Of a DNA stretch of 64,000 bases, positions 48,519 through 61,422 are shown piece by piece; the first letter of the stretch is position 1; each line of letters begins with the position of its first letter. Position numbers and translations under genes: made by a program. The stretch is from Eutreptiella sp. 'Long Island Sound 2002' (taxonomy: Eukaryota; Protista; Euglenida), in NCBI GenBank assembly GCA_964036045.1, contig OZ038378.1:13950001-14014000 (forward strand), written 5' to 3'. A model generated the notes under the pieces. It had not been told where the DNA came from. It saw only the letters and a program-made list of their open reading frames with translations, and did not search any database.

Positions 48519-50548
48519 TATTGTCCTAACTCCATGTCGTGGTTGTCCTCCACGACGTCTTGCAAAGAGGTAGTCTCTGGGTCGTCGTCTGCCCGTGTGG
48601 CTAGACGTAGCCTCTCTTGGCGTCCAACTCTTTCCGCTGCTGGTCGGAGTTTGTGCGACACGCACCGCCTCCAAATTCGTGGGTTTGCTCTGGTGTCGGT
48701 GGACTCCAGCTTGTGCGCCTGCCATTCCGTTGGCACCCCCGTTGCGGTAATGTCAAACACCGGCTTGGTTATAGACGTGTTGACGAGGTGTTGGCAGGAA
48801 AGAACTTGGACCCTGCCTGAGGGAAAGACACGTGCGGCCTCCTCTTGAGCCCACGTGGTACCGTAGCCGAAACCGGCCGGGTATCCGTACACCCGTATGC
48901 GTGTTCGTTTGGTGGGGGCCTCTGCTCCAAGCAGGTTCGCAATACCTGTCCTTTGCTGCTCGCTTGGTTCTTCTGTTCCCCATATTCGGACACCCCATCT
49001 GCCGACAGTGTCTCCTGTCAGCACACCGGCAAACCAGTATTGGGAGCGAAGGATCTCCCATATGTTGCTGGAGCTCTTCATGTTGGGGGCTTTCGGCCAG
49101 AGAATGCGTGCTTCCAGTCCAAGTCCAGGAGATCCTTTCGACATCCACGGCCTTGCCTCGATGCCTTGCAGCTTGCCCGACCCAATGAGCACCCTTTTGG
49201 CAGCCTCCAGTGGGAGCTCCATCGTGACTGAGTAATGTTCTGCTCGGCGAAAAATCTCCATTGGCGGTGCCTGTGTCATTTCTTGCATGCACGTTTTCAG
49301 GTACTCCAACGTTTGCTGCCTCACCCAGCGTTGTGCAGAGCCTTTGGTTCTGTTCGGAGGCAGTTCGGAATCCGAGCACATAAGAGGGTCTATCTACAAG
49401 GATATCTTGTGGAAGCCACTTTCCCTCTCCGAGGGCGTCACTGGGGCATGCTCCGCCGTGTCTGATTCCTGATGGTCCGATTCGTCGTCTTGTTCCATTG
49501 TGGTCCTTTCCCACTGCATCCATAGCTGCTGATCTGCTATGGGCCTGGGCGGACCCTCGGAGTGGACCCACTCGGCCCGCGTGATTCGGGTTGCCAGGGT
49601 TAGCAAGCAGCCCTGAACATCCAGATCGGCGCGCGTGAGTCTCATGCGGCGTAGTGCGTCCGCGACAGTTGCCTTTTTGACTCCGGCTGTATTTGGGACG
49701 TTGACGATGGCAGCCATGTGTTCTACCTGAGGATGGGACGTGAAGGCCATGTCTGCGAGTTCCGCACATGAGTCTGCTGTGCCGCCTAGCATGAGCACCC
49801 TTTGGAAGGTGCCTGGTCTCTCTGAGACTTTCCATTCGGCTGGTGGTTTGTTGGGATTCAGCACCGGAAGGCCAAGTTGTTTGTTCTCGGCTTCTTTCCA
49901 GAGTTGCAATGGTAGTAGGGCAGAGGCTTGCCAGGTTCGTGCTTCCTCCGCAGCTACTCCATGCGTTGGTTGCACTGGCATACCTACATCTTTTGGCTTG
50001 CCAAGTACTTTGACAGCAGATCGTGATTTGACTACCGTATAAGCACCGGACTGGCTGCTTTCCTGTGACTTTTGCACTGAGGAGGATTTCCCCTTGGCCG
50101 CTGCGTCCGCATACGTGCGTGGCCGTTGAGCCAGCTGTGTTGGCTCCGCTGCATCTTCGTTGTCTGACGTCTTCTTGGGATGTCGAATGGAGGCCCGAAG
50201 CTCCTTGATCGTGGCGGTGAGCTCTTTGATCATGTCTTTGAGCTCTCGAATTTCCTTGTCTTTGGGATCTTCTCGCACCGTTTTGCTCCCTGCACCAGTG
50301 GTTGACTGGCGGGCTGGGGACTGTGATCTGGCCTTGGCCTTGGATCCCGCTGCCCCCTGGGATTGGGTGGGGTTTTGTGATCGGCTTGCACCTTTGCTGG
50401 TGCTCTTTGCAGATGTGGGTGTGTTTCGCTCTCCAGCCGCTGCACTTGGATGCTGTTGTGAGGTCGCTCCCATGGCCGCCTGGACCTCCTGGCGGATGAT
50501 GTCGCGCAGCCCTCGTAGCGCTTTGTCGTCCAGCGTGATGGGCGACAT
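48518..50548 (-). CDS. ORF1 of the large LINE (676 codons, one internal TAG at 49394-49396)
   Basis: Track ORFs 49394-50548 and 48518-49381 are in frame. Coiled coil KDKEIRELKDMIKELTATIKELRAS; ends TAA overlapping the ORF2 ATG. Confidence 0.8.
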
Positions 50549-53500
50549 ATTGTATGGCCCCGCTCAAGGGCAGTGTCAGCGAGGCCAGAAGCCTGTGTGA
50601 GCGCGAAGCGAGGGCACTGGGCCCTGTGTAGGTCAAGAGTTGTTGCTTTCGGTAAGATTCTGGGTCTCAGAGTCTCAGTGGCAGTGTCACCACATGCAGG
50701 GGCAACAAAAACACCCGAGCAGAGTACTGAAGAGACACTGGGCAAGCAGGTTCGCGGCATCGGTGGGAGGTGGGGATAGGGCTCAGGATGGCCCAGCCCT
50801 GGCCATTTTTGATGCCCTGAAACAAGGCCCCGGACTCTAAGCTCCGAGTCGTCCACCCTTCTTGGCTGGTTTTAGGGGGGCTTCGGGGGCGCCAAGGGCT
50901 GGCCAACCCGGTGGGTGTGCTGTACACCAAATTTGTTTGATGGCCAAGAAATTTGTGGATTTCAAGCCCACGGACTTTTTCATTTTTGGCCAGACCCTAA
51001 CACACCTTCCAGTGGGACAGCGCATCACCACAGGCCCGGAGGAGCGATTTAGCTCAATGCCGTGGCTTTACACACGAAAAGAAAAGCCCAAAAAGTTCCA
51101 CGGCTCCAAGTTACAGGAAAAAGGGCGGATACAGCCGCATAACAGTGTTGAGATATGTCGAAAGGCAATGCATTAGAAGGTACTGCTGACAGAGAGGAGG
51201 ATTGTCTCGGGCCTGTTCAGAAGATTCAATACACCCAGGAGGTGCGCACTTCTGGGAGGTTCTCAGGGATCCACCAGCCATCCAGAAGGCGGCAAATCAT
51301 TGCCTCGCACCCGCGGAAGGGAACCTCTGCGCGGTGTGCGAATCACCCGCTGGACTCCAGAATCGCGAAATCAAGACCCGAAATCGGGAATTTGAAACAT
51401 CAAGTTGCAAAAAGGACAAATTTGTCAGCAGCAGCAACAACCAAAAACGTGGGATTCCTATACTACTCCTGCACCATGCAGGCACCCCACCATTGCATGA
51501 ATGTGCATTTTGGGGCCACCTCACAACCCACCTTACTGTGCGAGTACCTGAGTGTTCAGGGCGCCGAAGGCAACGAGCGGGTTCGGGCAGGGCGGTCCTT
51601 AAAACAAACAAAGAGGTGCCAGCTTCCTGTTCCCAAAACAGCACCGGCCAACCACCAACAACCGCCGTTGACCAAGGGCAAACTGGCGTCGGTTGACAAC
51701 CAACTGTCGACCGAAATCCTGTCACCCAGAACCTCAGTTTGTCCTGCCGGTGACGACATTGACGGAATGGGTTGGGTGTTCCAAAAAATTGAAAAATTCG
51801 GACCGCCCTGGGATAATGAGCCGCAGGGAATATTGGAGCTGTTGGCAATCTTCTTTTCTGTTGAGGTCTGTGAACAAACCATCGGTATGTTACAGTAAGG
51901 CGCTCGGGAAAAGGAACAAGCCTTTTTTTTTTGTGAACAGGGGCTGGTTCAAACTTTTTGAGGGTGTCCCAGCCGAATAGGCAGGCACTCGCTCGCCATG
52001 GCACAGAGCACGTACAATGATTGAAAGGTGACGTATAGCTCGGACGTTGCTTACAAAAAGTTAGGCTTTCTGAGAATAATATTTCATAACTGGAAATCCC
52101 ACGAGCAGGAACATCCGGTATTCTGCAATACAAGGGCGTTGTCAACAATTACAAAACCGTTGGCCCAGCATGTTGAATTTTGTACGTAACCTCTAACCAG
52201 TGCTGGCGTAGCAAAGGTGAGGCATGTTTGTGGATCATCATCATAAATGCATGTCAGGGCAGGACAGTTTTGTCGCCGTTTAGACTCATGCTCTTTCCCC
52301 CTTGCATGCCCAGCCCAGGTCAGGAGAAACAATGGTCAGATAGAAATCCCGCGCTTCAACAGGGCCGTGCTTGCCCGCGCCAAGCGGGTGTTTGGTTCCA
52401 GGTGCCAGGCTCAATGTGGGCCTCATTGCCATTCCCAATCCGTTCCAGTTTTGTGTAGACATGGGGTGCAGTCCGAGGCAGAATGCTACCATGAGCACCA
52501 GTGTCTCTTCTGTGCATGACCAAGCCTCACCTTCTCGCTACAATGGCTCGCATCCGTGTGATTCAAATTCGCGACCACAAAAACATGCGGTCAGAAAACA
52601 ATGGCTAGAAAAGCTCAAGGGAAGTGAGGGGCAGTGATGTGGGGAGAAGACCTGGAGCAGCAAGCACCGGGCTTTGGGGGCCAGCCATTTACAAGGGCAC
52701 ACCCTCTGCCAGAGCGCGACGTGCTGCAAAGTGAGGTCAACACCCCTGCCCCCTCTCTTGTCCGTCAGGACCGTACAGACCACAGGGGCCGTCTAATGAC
52801 TGCTGTCCTCAAGGGAATCCAACAAAGAGGCCGGGTAAGTGATGGTCTCCCCACTCATGACCCCCTCATCCGCACATCCGCACATCCGTTTGTTGTGTGG
52901 TGTTGCCCACTGCATATCTCCACAGCCTCCCCCGTTGTATCCCATGAACACACCACTTCCACCTCATCGCATCCTGTTTGTGTCTCTGCTGCGCCAGCAG
53001 GACACCCATTCAGTGCCAGGCTGTGTCGTACAGCTGGGGAGCCAGGAGGATGGGCAGGAGCATGCGGCGGAGCTGTCAAGGGCTCTTCCACAGCGAAGGC
53101 CCGAGCTGGCGCCGGCCTCCTGACGCCGCCGCGTGTCCACTTTGCATTACGATGGTGCCGGGATGCGTCTTGCACACGGTACAGTGCAGATCGCCCGTCA
53201 TACATGTGACCAAACAAACAAGGATGTGCCGGAAAAGGCCTTCAAGTGTCCGAGCTGGGCTATATTGCTGCTCGACATGCAGCAGCTCACACAAAAAGGG
53301 CTTCACTCTTCGAATTTCTTTGAAAGCGTGGCAAGGTACAGCCACGGGTGCGCAAAATGTGTGCCGAGTCGAAGGTCTGGCGGCCGCGTTCGGGTCCCCA
53401 ATCTTTGGAAATCCCCCCACACCGTCACCCGGAGCCCCAAGACATGGCCCCACAAGCCCTCTTTGCCACGGGCCCGCATCCAATGGAATGGGTCCTGCAG

Positions 53501-54767
53501 CCCGCAGACTTCTCCCTTGATGAACCGGAAAACGGCCAAAAAGGGACTGTCACGCATTATCTACATGACTTGATCTCAGCGACATCCGTGGACCATCCGG
53601 TTGGCGACCAGCGCGCGGAGGAGGGGGAGGAAGGGCAAAGGAAGAGGAGGGCCTCCCTTGCGATCGCAAGGCGTTCTGCGCATGGACAAGACCACCAGGA
53701 ACAACCACAACGGACAAGAAGTGCAAAGCCGTCCAAAAGTCCAACCCCCCGCCCCGGGAGGCCTCCAGCCACACGGCCCAGACCACATTGGATCCTTCAG
53801 CGCAGCAAGTCCACCTGTAAAGCCCCACTCTTTATGGTTCTCGCCCCTCAGAACGGCCCCAGCGGACACTGAGACCCCGTAAAGACCCCTGTACTGGCAG
53901 CGCCTGGCAAGCCACCGGGCAGGCCACATGGCCCGGGCCCAGACGGGTCCAACCGGGGGGGGGGGGGGGTCAAGGGGACGTTTTGCGTGTATTGGCAGCC
54001 CAGCGCTGAAGTTTGCAGACCCCCAAATAACGAGCACTGAGGCGATCTACCAGGAAGAGCCCTCAGCTGGCACTCTTGAACGGTGCTTCATTCGGGGGCC
54101 GTGGGGGCCGGAGCACCCACACAAACATGAAAGGGGACTACAGAGGACCAGGAGATGCCTCTCACCCTCACCCACTCCTCCAATCAAAATGTGACGTACC
54201 GACATGCAGTCCCACGCACATATTCATCCGTACAAACAGAACACTAAAGTGGCAACAAAGCCTTGGACTTGGGCCAAATGGCGCCGAATACGGGGACGGA
54301 TATTGTGGCTCGGATACCCCTTGTGTGCATTCCGCGAAGGGGGCGGTTGATGACAAAAACCAAAAGGGTGGTTCGGGCCAGCATCGGCGGACAGGTCAGC
54401 ACACGTTCGCCGCGAATTTGTCGCATATCCAGCGCAAACTTGACCAAGTGGGGTATCGCGTTTCAAGACTCTTCAAGCTGAGTCGGTCCGGCGCATGTCA
54501 GGCGCAAGAAGGTTGGCATGTAGTGGATGTCCAGGAGCAGACGCTCGTGCCGTCTGGCGCTACTGCCACTACTGATTCGGGTGCGCCAACGCCATACAAA
54601 TACCATACAATACGCTTAACCATTCCGCCGTGATCCTCATGGGCTTCCTGGTTTGCAGGGCACTCTACGACTCATATTGGCCAACTGACGGTCACGTGCG
54701 AGGGGGATAGCTCCCCTTCGATTAAGTCGTCCAGGTGTGCCACACTGGGTATTCCACAGACAGCCGG

Positions 54768-55044
54768 TCAGACCATATTGATCAACTGCTCATGCGGCGT
54801 CGGCGGGTTGGCCATGAAGACCTTGGCTTTGTGTGCGAGTGTACAAAACCACTTGGGCCGCAGGAAATTGGGTCGGCCAAGGGGCATGAAATACCACACG
54901 GTGCACGTGACCCAGAAGCCCACCAGGACATCCACGGTGTAGTGGTTGCGCAGAACGATGATGATCAGCATGTTGGAGATCGACATGACTGTGGCAGCTA
55001 CAACCAATACATACATGTGCCTCAAATGCGACAGCACAATCATC
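54768..55044 (-). CDS. Sphingomyelin/IPC synthase-family gene, last exon
   Basis: Acceptor ctcacgcag|G completes TG|G (Trp). Contains the catalytic motif LRNHYTVDV and a TGA stop. Confidence 0.9.
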
Positions 55045-55734
55045 CTGCGTGAGCAGAAGCGGGGGATACCGTGCCAAAATTTACGATCTGCAGAATAATC
55101 AGTTTTGCCTTGGGTGCATTGAACTTTATTTTCGCAAAATTTTTTGCAGCAGCACCCAAAAATTGGAAAAAGAAATCTTTATTTTTACGAATCTTTTCTG
55201 TGAAACTCGGAGCTGTTTTTGGTTGGCTGAGGCAAATTTTGTTTTATTTTTGCTTTTGGCCTTCCTGTTTTGGGGTTTTGTTTCATTCAGTCTGGACTCT
55301 GAAATTGCAGTCCATACCGACATAGACACACAGCCCAATCCTTGCACATCAAAAGAGCCCTGGGTCACGGGATGTCGTGGGGCAGGTTCTGCAGGGCTGG
55401 CAACAGAATTTGCCATACCAATGACGATGCCTTTGCAGAAATCAGACACAGCGTCCTGGTCTGCAGCAGCAGCAAAGCATGCCACAGCTAATTAATGGGG
55501 ATGACAGAAAATTAATGTGAAGGTTGAACATGGGCACTGTGGAAGGACAAGTACCGGGTGTACAGTGTACATGGGAGACACCTTGCTGGGAACCAACACA
55601 AGCAACGCACCAATCAATGCAAGGAAAAAGGCAGGGGGGTGGGGGGGGGGGGGGGGCGAGAACTTATTTTACTTTTGCGAATTTCATTTTTGTACCGGGC
55701 ATGCAGCAGCATGAAGCTGAAAAATTCCATTGCC

Positions 55735-57000
55735 GTCAGCACCTCGAAGAGGGACGAGCAACGTTTTGGGGGAATCGTAAACCATAGGCCGATGAAGATC
55801 CACCCATCGCAGTGAAAACATGCCCAACAAGCGCTTTTGGGGGCCATTAAGCACCATTAGGAGGGCCTAGTTGGTGCTACATGAGTTGATACATACTCCC
55901 ATTGTCACCAAATGATCACCCAACAACGGCCCAAGGGTCCCAGGGGCTATCAGAGATCATCCCAAAAACCCAATTTTTCAGCCAACCCATGGTGGCCTGA
56001 AAACAGCTGAGTCCTCACAGGTGGGGCCCCAGAATGGGGGCCGGTCTTTGAAAAGTGGAGATAGCACCCTGGGCCCCTGTCATTTGTTAAAGCGTCTGAA
56101 TAGAAAAAGTGAAGCGGAACCTGGGTCTTCATTTATGTATAGTGGTGGCCAAAGGCCAAAACGGCGCTTTCGGGGCCAACAAGCACCACTGGGAGGGCCA
56201 AGCTGGTGCTACACAGCTCCCCATTGCTTTATATGTACTCAGTGATCACCCAACAACAGCCCAAGGGCCCCTGGGGGTCATTGGAGGCATCCAAAATCAA
56301 GATTTTTCAGCCAACCCATGGTGACTTGAAAACGCTAAGCCCTCACCAGTGGCCCAGGGGGGGGGGGGGCATTCTCAGAAACTTGGAGATGGCACCCAGG
56401 ACCCCTGCCATTGGGTAGGGCGTCCCCATAGAAGAAAAAAGTGAAATGGGACCTTGGTCCAAATCGACGCACAGCCAAAAACAGCAATTTCGGGGCCCAT
56501 GGCCCCAGGCTACATGGGTCTAGCGGCCACTGCATGGGTCCCCATGGGTGCTAGAGTCCGCATATTGTCACCAAATGACCACCCAAACCCCATCCCAGAG
56601 GGGACAAACGGGGTTAGGAAAAAGTGAAGCTGTCGAAATTTTTCAGGTGCCACTCAACAGCTGAAAAGGCATCAATTTCAGGGCTTTTGGGAGGCCCATG
56701 GCCTGGGCTACATGGGCCTGGCGGCCACTGCGTGGGTCCCCATGGGTGCTAGAGTGCCCGCATTGTCACTCAAATGATCACCCAAACCCATCCCAGAGGC
56801 AACAGGAGCATTTTGGGAAAGCTCAAATTTTCGAAAATTTTCCCGTCGCATGCCAACCTAACAACAGGTAAGTCGTCCCCAGCAAGGGCCCACAGGGGGG
56901 CCGACCTAGGGTACCTGGAGTTCGGACTCGAGATCCTTGTCCCAGCAGCGGGTCTATGCTGGTCTAAACAACGCGGTCGCATGTATGCGGTGTGCTGCAA
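55735..57000. repeat. Cluster of family B modules within an SMS/IPCS intron
   Basis: Four aaatga(t/c)cacccaa-type modules and two ggcccatggcc..ggctacatggg.ct.gcggccactgc.tgggtccccatgggtgctagagt modules. Confidence 0.85.
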
Positions 57001-57343
57001 GATGTCATTGGAACAGTAACACCCTCCAACGTCAAACAACGAAATCAATAAGGAAGGGCCCCCAACACAACGTTCCCCAGAATTGGGACTTCTCCAATTC
57101 CCTGAAAGAAACTCAGTAAACCCCTCGGCCTCCCTTCCCCAAAATGGTTGGCTGTCTCAAGTTCAAATTGCCAGCGGGTGGTTAGTGCTGGCGGAGGCCT
57201 TTGACCGAAGGCCGCAGAACTGATGGCAGTTGGCAGCTGTCTCTCCGGGACTGCTCCGTGCCCCCCCTCCGCCCCCCCAAAAGAAAATGACTTGGGAGGG
57301 CCCTGCAACCCACGCCGCGAAGCAGTGGCAGCAATCAACACAC

Positions 57344-57565
57344 CAAAGGAGGGTGATGAGGATGGTGTGCCCTGAGAACATGAGGTCGCCACAGTGCACA
57401 CTGCCCGCTCCTCCCGTTACAACTCCGATCAGCGCATTGCCAATCCAAGAGCCAATTACGGGCTTCGGGTTCATGCGGCACTTCACATCCTCCGTGGGTG
57501 GCAGGGACGTGGCGAGCAAGAACCATGTGCGCAAGAAGAACACCGTGCCCCATGTGCAAAACCAC
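57344..57565 (-). CDS. Sphingomyelin/IPC synthase-family gene, internal exon
   Basis: Branch-like gctgac, pyrimidine tract and cag| acceptor. Encodes WFCTWGTVFFLRTWFLLATSLP...HCGDLMFSGHT; donor TG|GTGTGT is phase-compatible with the last exon. Confidence 0.92.
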
Positions 57566-58986
57566 CTGGGAAAACGTCAGCATGAGGCCAAAATACACGT
57601 GCCCCACCAGTCCACTGCCCCTCCACGCCGGCCCTTGGTACATTGCGCTCTGCTCCCTTCCCGTGCCCTTGGCAGTCGAAAGCAGTCGGCACGGTGGAGC
57701 AACTGGCGCATGCTCCATGAAATGGCCACCCGCCCGTCAGGGTTGCGGCTGAAATTCGGGCTTCATGGAGCGATCTTGTTGGGGGTGCTCAGCAAGCAGA
57801 ACATTCAGAGGTGCGGCTATCAGAAGCTGCCTGTGCCGAAACCACAAACATTAACAAACATTAAACGCCAGCGACGCCTGGGCCTCTCTTGCACCGGTCC
57901 ATGTCTCACACACCTTTGCAACACGATCTCAGCCAGTGCATTTGTGTCTTTGCTCGTGCCGTCTTACTCTCTTGACAACATGCCATGAGAATGTGGTTTG
58001 AAAATGTTGTTTTGCTTCCATGATAAGCAAATAACAACGGCCCATCTCAAGTGACTGAAACCGCCCGGCAAAGTCCCCCATAACGCGCCAACGTGTCAGA
58101 CACAGCATTTCATGCTTTCGCCTCCCCCAGCCCGAACTTAGTAAAGTATTCATGTGTACAACCATGACATGCGGGTGCAACTACACATTGATCCCTAGGG
58201 AGACAAGGACAGCGGCAGCCCGCGAGCCGGCGCAAACGTACGCAACGTGACCTCCTCTGCAGGCATGCAACGGTACAACGGTGATGTGACCAACCAAACT
58301 ACGCTGTAGCCGTGTGGAAGATGACCGTTGGTTTGACCTTTCATGGCGCACGCAGCTTTTTGAAAGAATGGTGGGCAGCCCCCACCGCTCCACTGTAGCA
58401 CACTATGCAAACAAAACAGGTGAGTTGCACATTACGTTCGCTCATGAGGTCCTATCATCGTTTTGCTTGGCTGCAAGGGGCGCCGTTGTGCTTTGCCGTG
58501 TTTGGCAGACACAAGATGCACGGGGTGGCTCATCGTTAGATAGCCACTCATCAACCATCGCACCTACGTGGGCTGCCTCTTTGGCTACCACTTAGCCATC
58601 CTCATCCGCAAACTCATCGGCAAACTTCATGGTGCTTGGGTTGGTGATGGGTCTTCTGCTGCCCCCGTCGCAGGTGCCGGCGATAATGGTGTTGGTGGTA
58701 GTGCTGGGTTTGTGTTAAGGACCAACGGACCTCTAATTCGAAGGCTCACAATTTGCCATTGCCGGTTTTTTTGGTTTTCAGCGCTGGGGCGCAATAGCAA
58801 CGGAAACTCTAGGGTCACTCCGATGTGGCACAAAAACCTACAAACCAATTTCAATGGTTTCGATATTGACTACACTGTTGCTTTTGCTGTGGTGGGAAAA
58901 TTGGAAATATGAGGGAGCCGAAGGGAACGTTTGTGGTTTGTTATGAGCAAAAGCATCTGCTTAAACGCTGCAACAAAAGGTCATAC

Positions 58987-59149
58987 CGATCGATGACGGG
59001 ACCAATGTTGAACTTGAAGGTGAAAAAGAGGGACAATACGACCACCAACGTGAGGCCCAACATCATGATATCGCTCAATCGTTGCAAAACATGTGCAAAC
59101 GGGTCAGTTTGGTTGAGGGGAATCAAATCATGGATGGCGTCTGGTAGAG
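58987..59149 (-). CDS. Sphingomyelin/IPC synthase-family gene, exon 2
   Basis: tgactcatctcctttcttcag|CT joins exon 1 to give DYPALPDAIHDLIP, the PLPD-type D1 motif. Donor CG|GTATGA. Confidence 0.85.
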
Positions 59150-59404
59150 CTGAAGAAAGGAGATGAGTCACGCTGTGCGCTTGCCCGTGCACTAATGATG
59201 CCTTGCCCAATTCTCAACACAACTTTGGCCCATTGAAATTACCTCACCCCCTTGTGTTATCATCTTAACGAAGGGCCCGACTACAGAGTGAAATCCCCCC
59301 CCCCCCCCAAGTACCCACTCGTAACACCGCCAACATAGTGACCATGGTCCTTGAGCACAATGAAGCCATTTACGTGCCCTGTTTGTCTGTTTTTGGTGTC
59401 GTGT

Positions 59405-59640
59405 TTTGTTGTGTTGTGTTGTGATGGGTTGCGTTGTGATGCGATGCGTTGTGTTGTTTTCGTGTCGTGTTGTTCTTGTGTTGTGTTGTTTTTGTGTCGT
59501 TTGGTAAGGTGCTGTGTTGTGTTACGTTTGTGTTGTGTTGTGTTGTGTTGTGTTGTGTTGTGTTGTGTTGTGTTGTGTTGTGTTGTGTTGTGTTTTGCAA
59601 AAGACAACACAACACAAGACAACACAACACACAACACAAG
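59405..59640. repeat. (TTGTG)n array followed by a short inverted (CAACA)n tract
   Basis: Read directly from the sequence. Confidence 0.95.
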
Positions 59641-60777
59641 GGACTAGGCAATCCGATCCACGGCGGATCGGAGGTCCCCGACCCCCCCCCCCCCCCCGGA
59701 CCCCCTGAGGGTCGGCGCGGATCGTGGATCGGAGCTCCGACGAACCCCCCCCCCATGCCTAGGTGCGCAATCGAAAACCACCGACAAGTGCTGTGCAGCG
59801 ACGCGCATTGCAAAAGTGTGTGTGCAACACAAGAAATTGAAGCTCGGATTTGTCGAATAGATCCACGAGGGTGTTGAGGTTGGTTAACCTGGGATGTTGC
59901 ATGTTCATCACTCAAGAAAAAAAGGAAACGTAACATTACAAAGTTTGGCTTGTTTTGGTGGCTCAACATAATGGTTCATTCACTAGAGCCGCCTACAATT
60001 GGAGTTTGCCCATCTCGTTTGGTTGAAGCGAAGGCTGCAACATCGTACTCAAACTAGTACCTCAATGTACGTACGCCGCGCCTACACGGGGGGCTCGGCC
60101 CTCCATAGAGCGGCGACACCATGGCACATTAATCGGCCATCCCACTCTTGGTAGGTTTTCTCGGAGTTCGAGAGGAGCTCTAGAACTCCCTTGCCTTCTC
60201 CCCACAATACCGCACAACACAACATAACACAACACGACACAGCACGACACAACACAACATAATATTAACGACAACGAAGGGTTCAAATACCATGTGGATT
60301 ATGTCACGAAGGGGCCCCCGTTGTGTTACCGTGTTCACCACTCATAGAGAAAATACGGTGGGATGGGTCCGACCTTGGACCCCCACCCCCACTTCCCTCT
60401 TTTGGTCACAAAAAAAGTCACAAAAAATGGTCACGGTTGCGGCCCATTGTGGCAAAAGGGCAAAAAAAACGCGTGCAGCAACAAGTTATGCAAACGATGC
60501 AAAATTACCAATAGTCACAATATTTTGCAATGCAACAGCAGATGATGCATACACTCCACCCACTCGCTTGCTTGCCTTCGATTGCCCCACTAGAAGAGGG
60601 CATTAGAGCAAAGGTTCCTTAGGGGGGGGGGGGCGGATGATTTGCTTCAAAGTTGGATGTCATGTTCACAGGGATGGATATAATTTTGGCGCCGCTTGGG
60701 GGGGTTCAATGTCACTGGCAAAATGTCACGTCACCCACAAAACGAGCCGAACTTAGCCGTGCCAGGGCAAAAGGCAT

Positions 60778-61422
60778 GTTAACACGGCGGGCCAACACAG
60801 AGGTGAAAAGTACCCCCCCTCCCCCTCTTGCGTTGTGTTAACACAGGCCCAACACGGAGGTGAAAAGTACCCCCCCCCCCCTTTGTCCACCCCATGGCAA
60901 CACAAGAAGCCGAAGAACACAACACAAAATAACACAACGAAAAAAACCAAAACAAAACAAGGAATAACACGACAACACAACACAACACAACACAATACAA
61001 CACAACACAACACAATACAACACAACACAACACAACACAACGCAACGCAACGCAAAACAACACAACACAACACAACACAACACAACACAACACAACACAA
61101 CACAACACATCACAACACAACACAGCACAACACAACACAACACAACATAATACAACACACCACACCACACCACACCACAAACAAAAAACAAAAACAAGAA
61201 GAACACAACACAAAATGACACCAAAAAAAAAACAAAACAAAACAAGGAATAACACAACACAACACAACACAACACAAAACAACACAACAAACACATAACA
61301 CAACACACCACCTATTGGACGTGTTAACACGGCCCCAACACAGGCGGTGAAAAGTATCCCCCCTCCCCCTCCTATGTTGTGTTAACACAGGCCCAACACG
61401 CACGTGAAAAGTACCCCCCCCC
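60778..61422. repeat. (CACAA)n array (60895-61310) bracketed on each side by two copies of a ~58-bp unit
   Basis: gttaacac.g.(g)cccaacac.(g)aggtgaaaagtaccccccc at ~60778, 60838, 61323 and 61381. Confidence 0.9.

Larger units (their letters stand above)
39982..50717 (-). mobile_element. ~10.7-kb APE-type non-LTR retrotransposon (clade unresolved) between two exact 16-bp direct repeats
   Basis: ORF1 plus ORF2. agcagagtactgaaga occurs at 39966-39981 and 50718-50733. Confidence 0.9.

Noticed and set aside
21613-49396. TAG reassignment or readthrough: three in-frame TAGs (21613, 44551, 49394), while all seven genuine stops I checked are TGA or TAA
   Set aside because: The sample is too small. 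The 44551 TAG sits at an expected Trp (one TGG>TAG transition), and the other lesions indicate ordinary decay.
50720-50870. HDV-like ribozyme at the LINE 5' end, as in L1Tc Pr77
   Set aside because: I could not build the P1/P2/P3 nested pseudoknot by eye; an RNAmotif or Infernal search would be decisive.
51155-52640. DIRS/Ty3-type RNase H remnant (STDAS...LAGAVL) and 250-280-aa ORFs
   Set aside because: Only one weak motif is present, with no RT or tyrosine recombinase signature.
58195-58854. Additional SMS/IPCS exons
   Set aside because: Candidate acceptors give stops or phases incompatible with the flanking exons, so none can be supported without cDNA.
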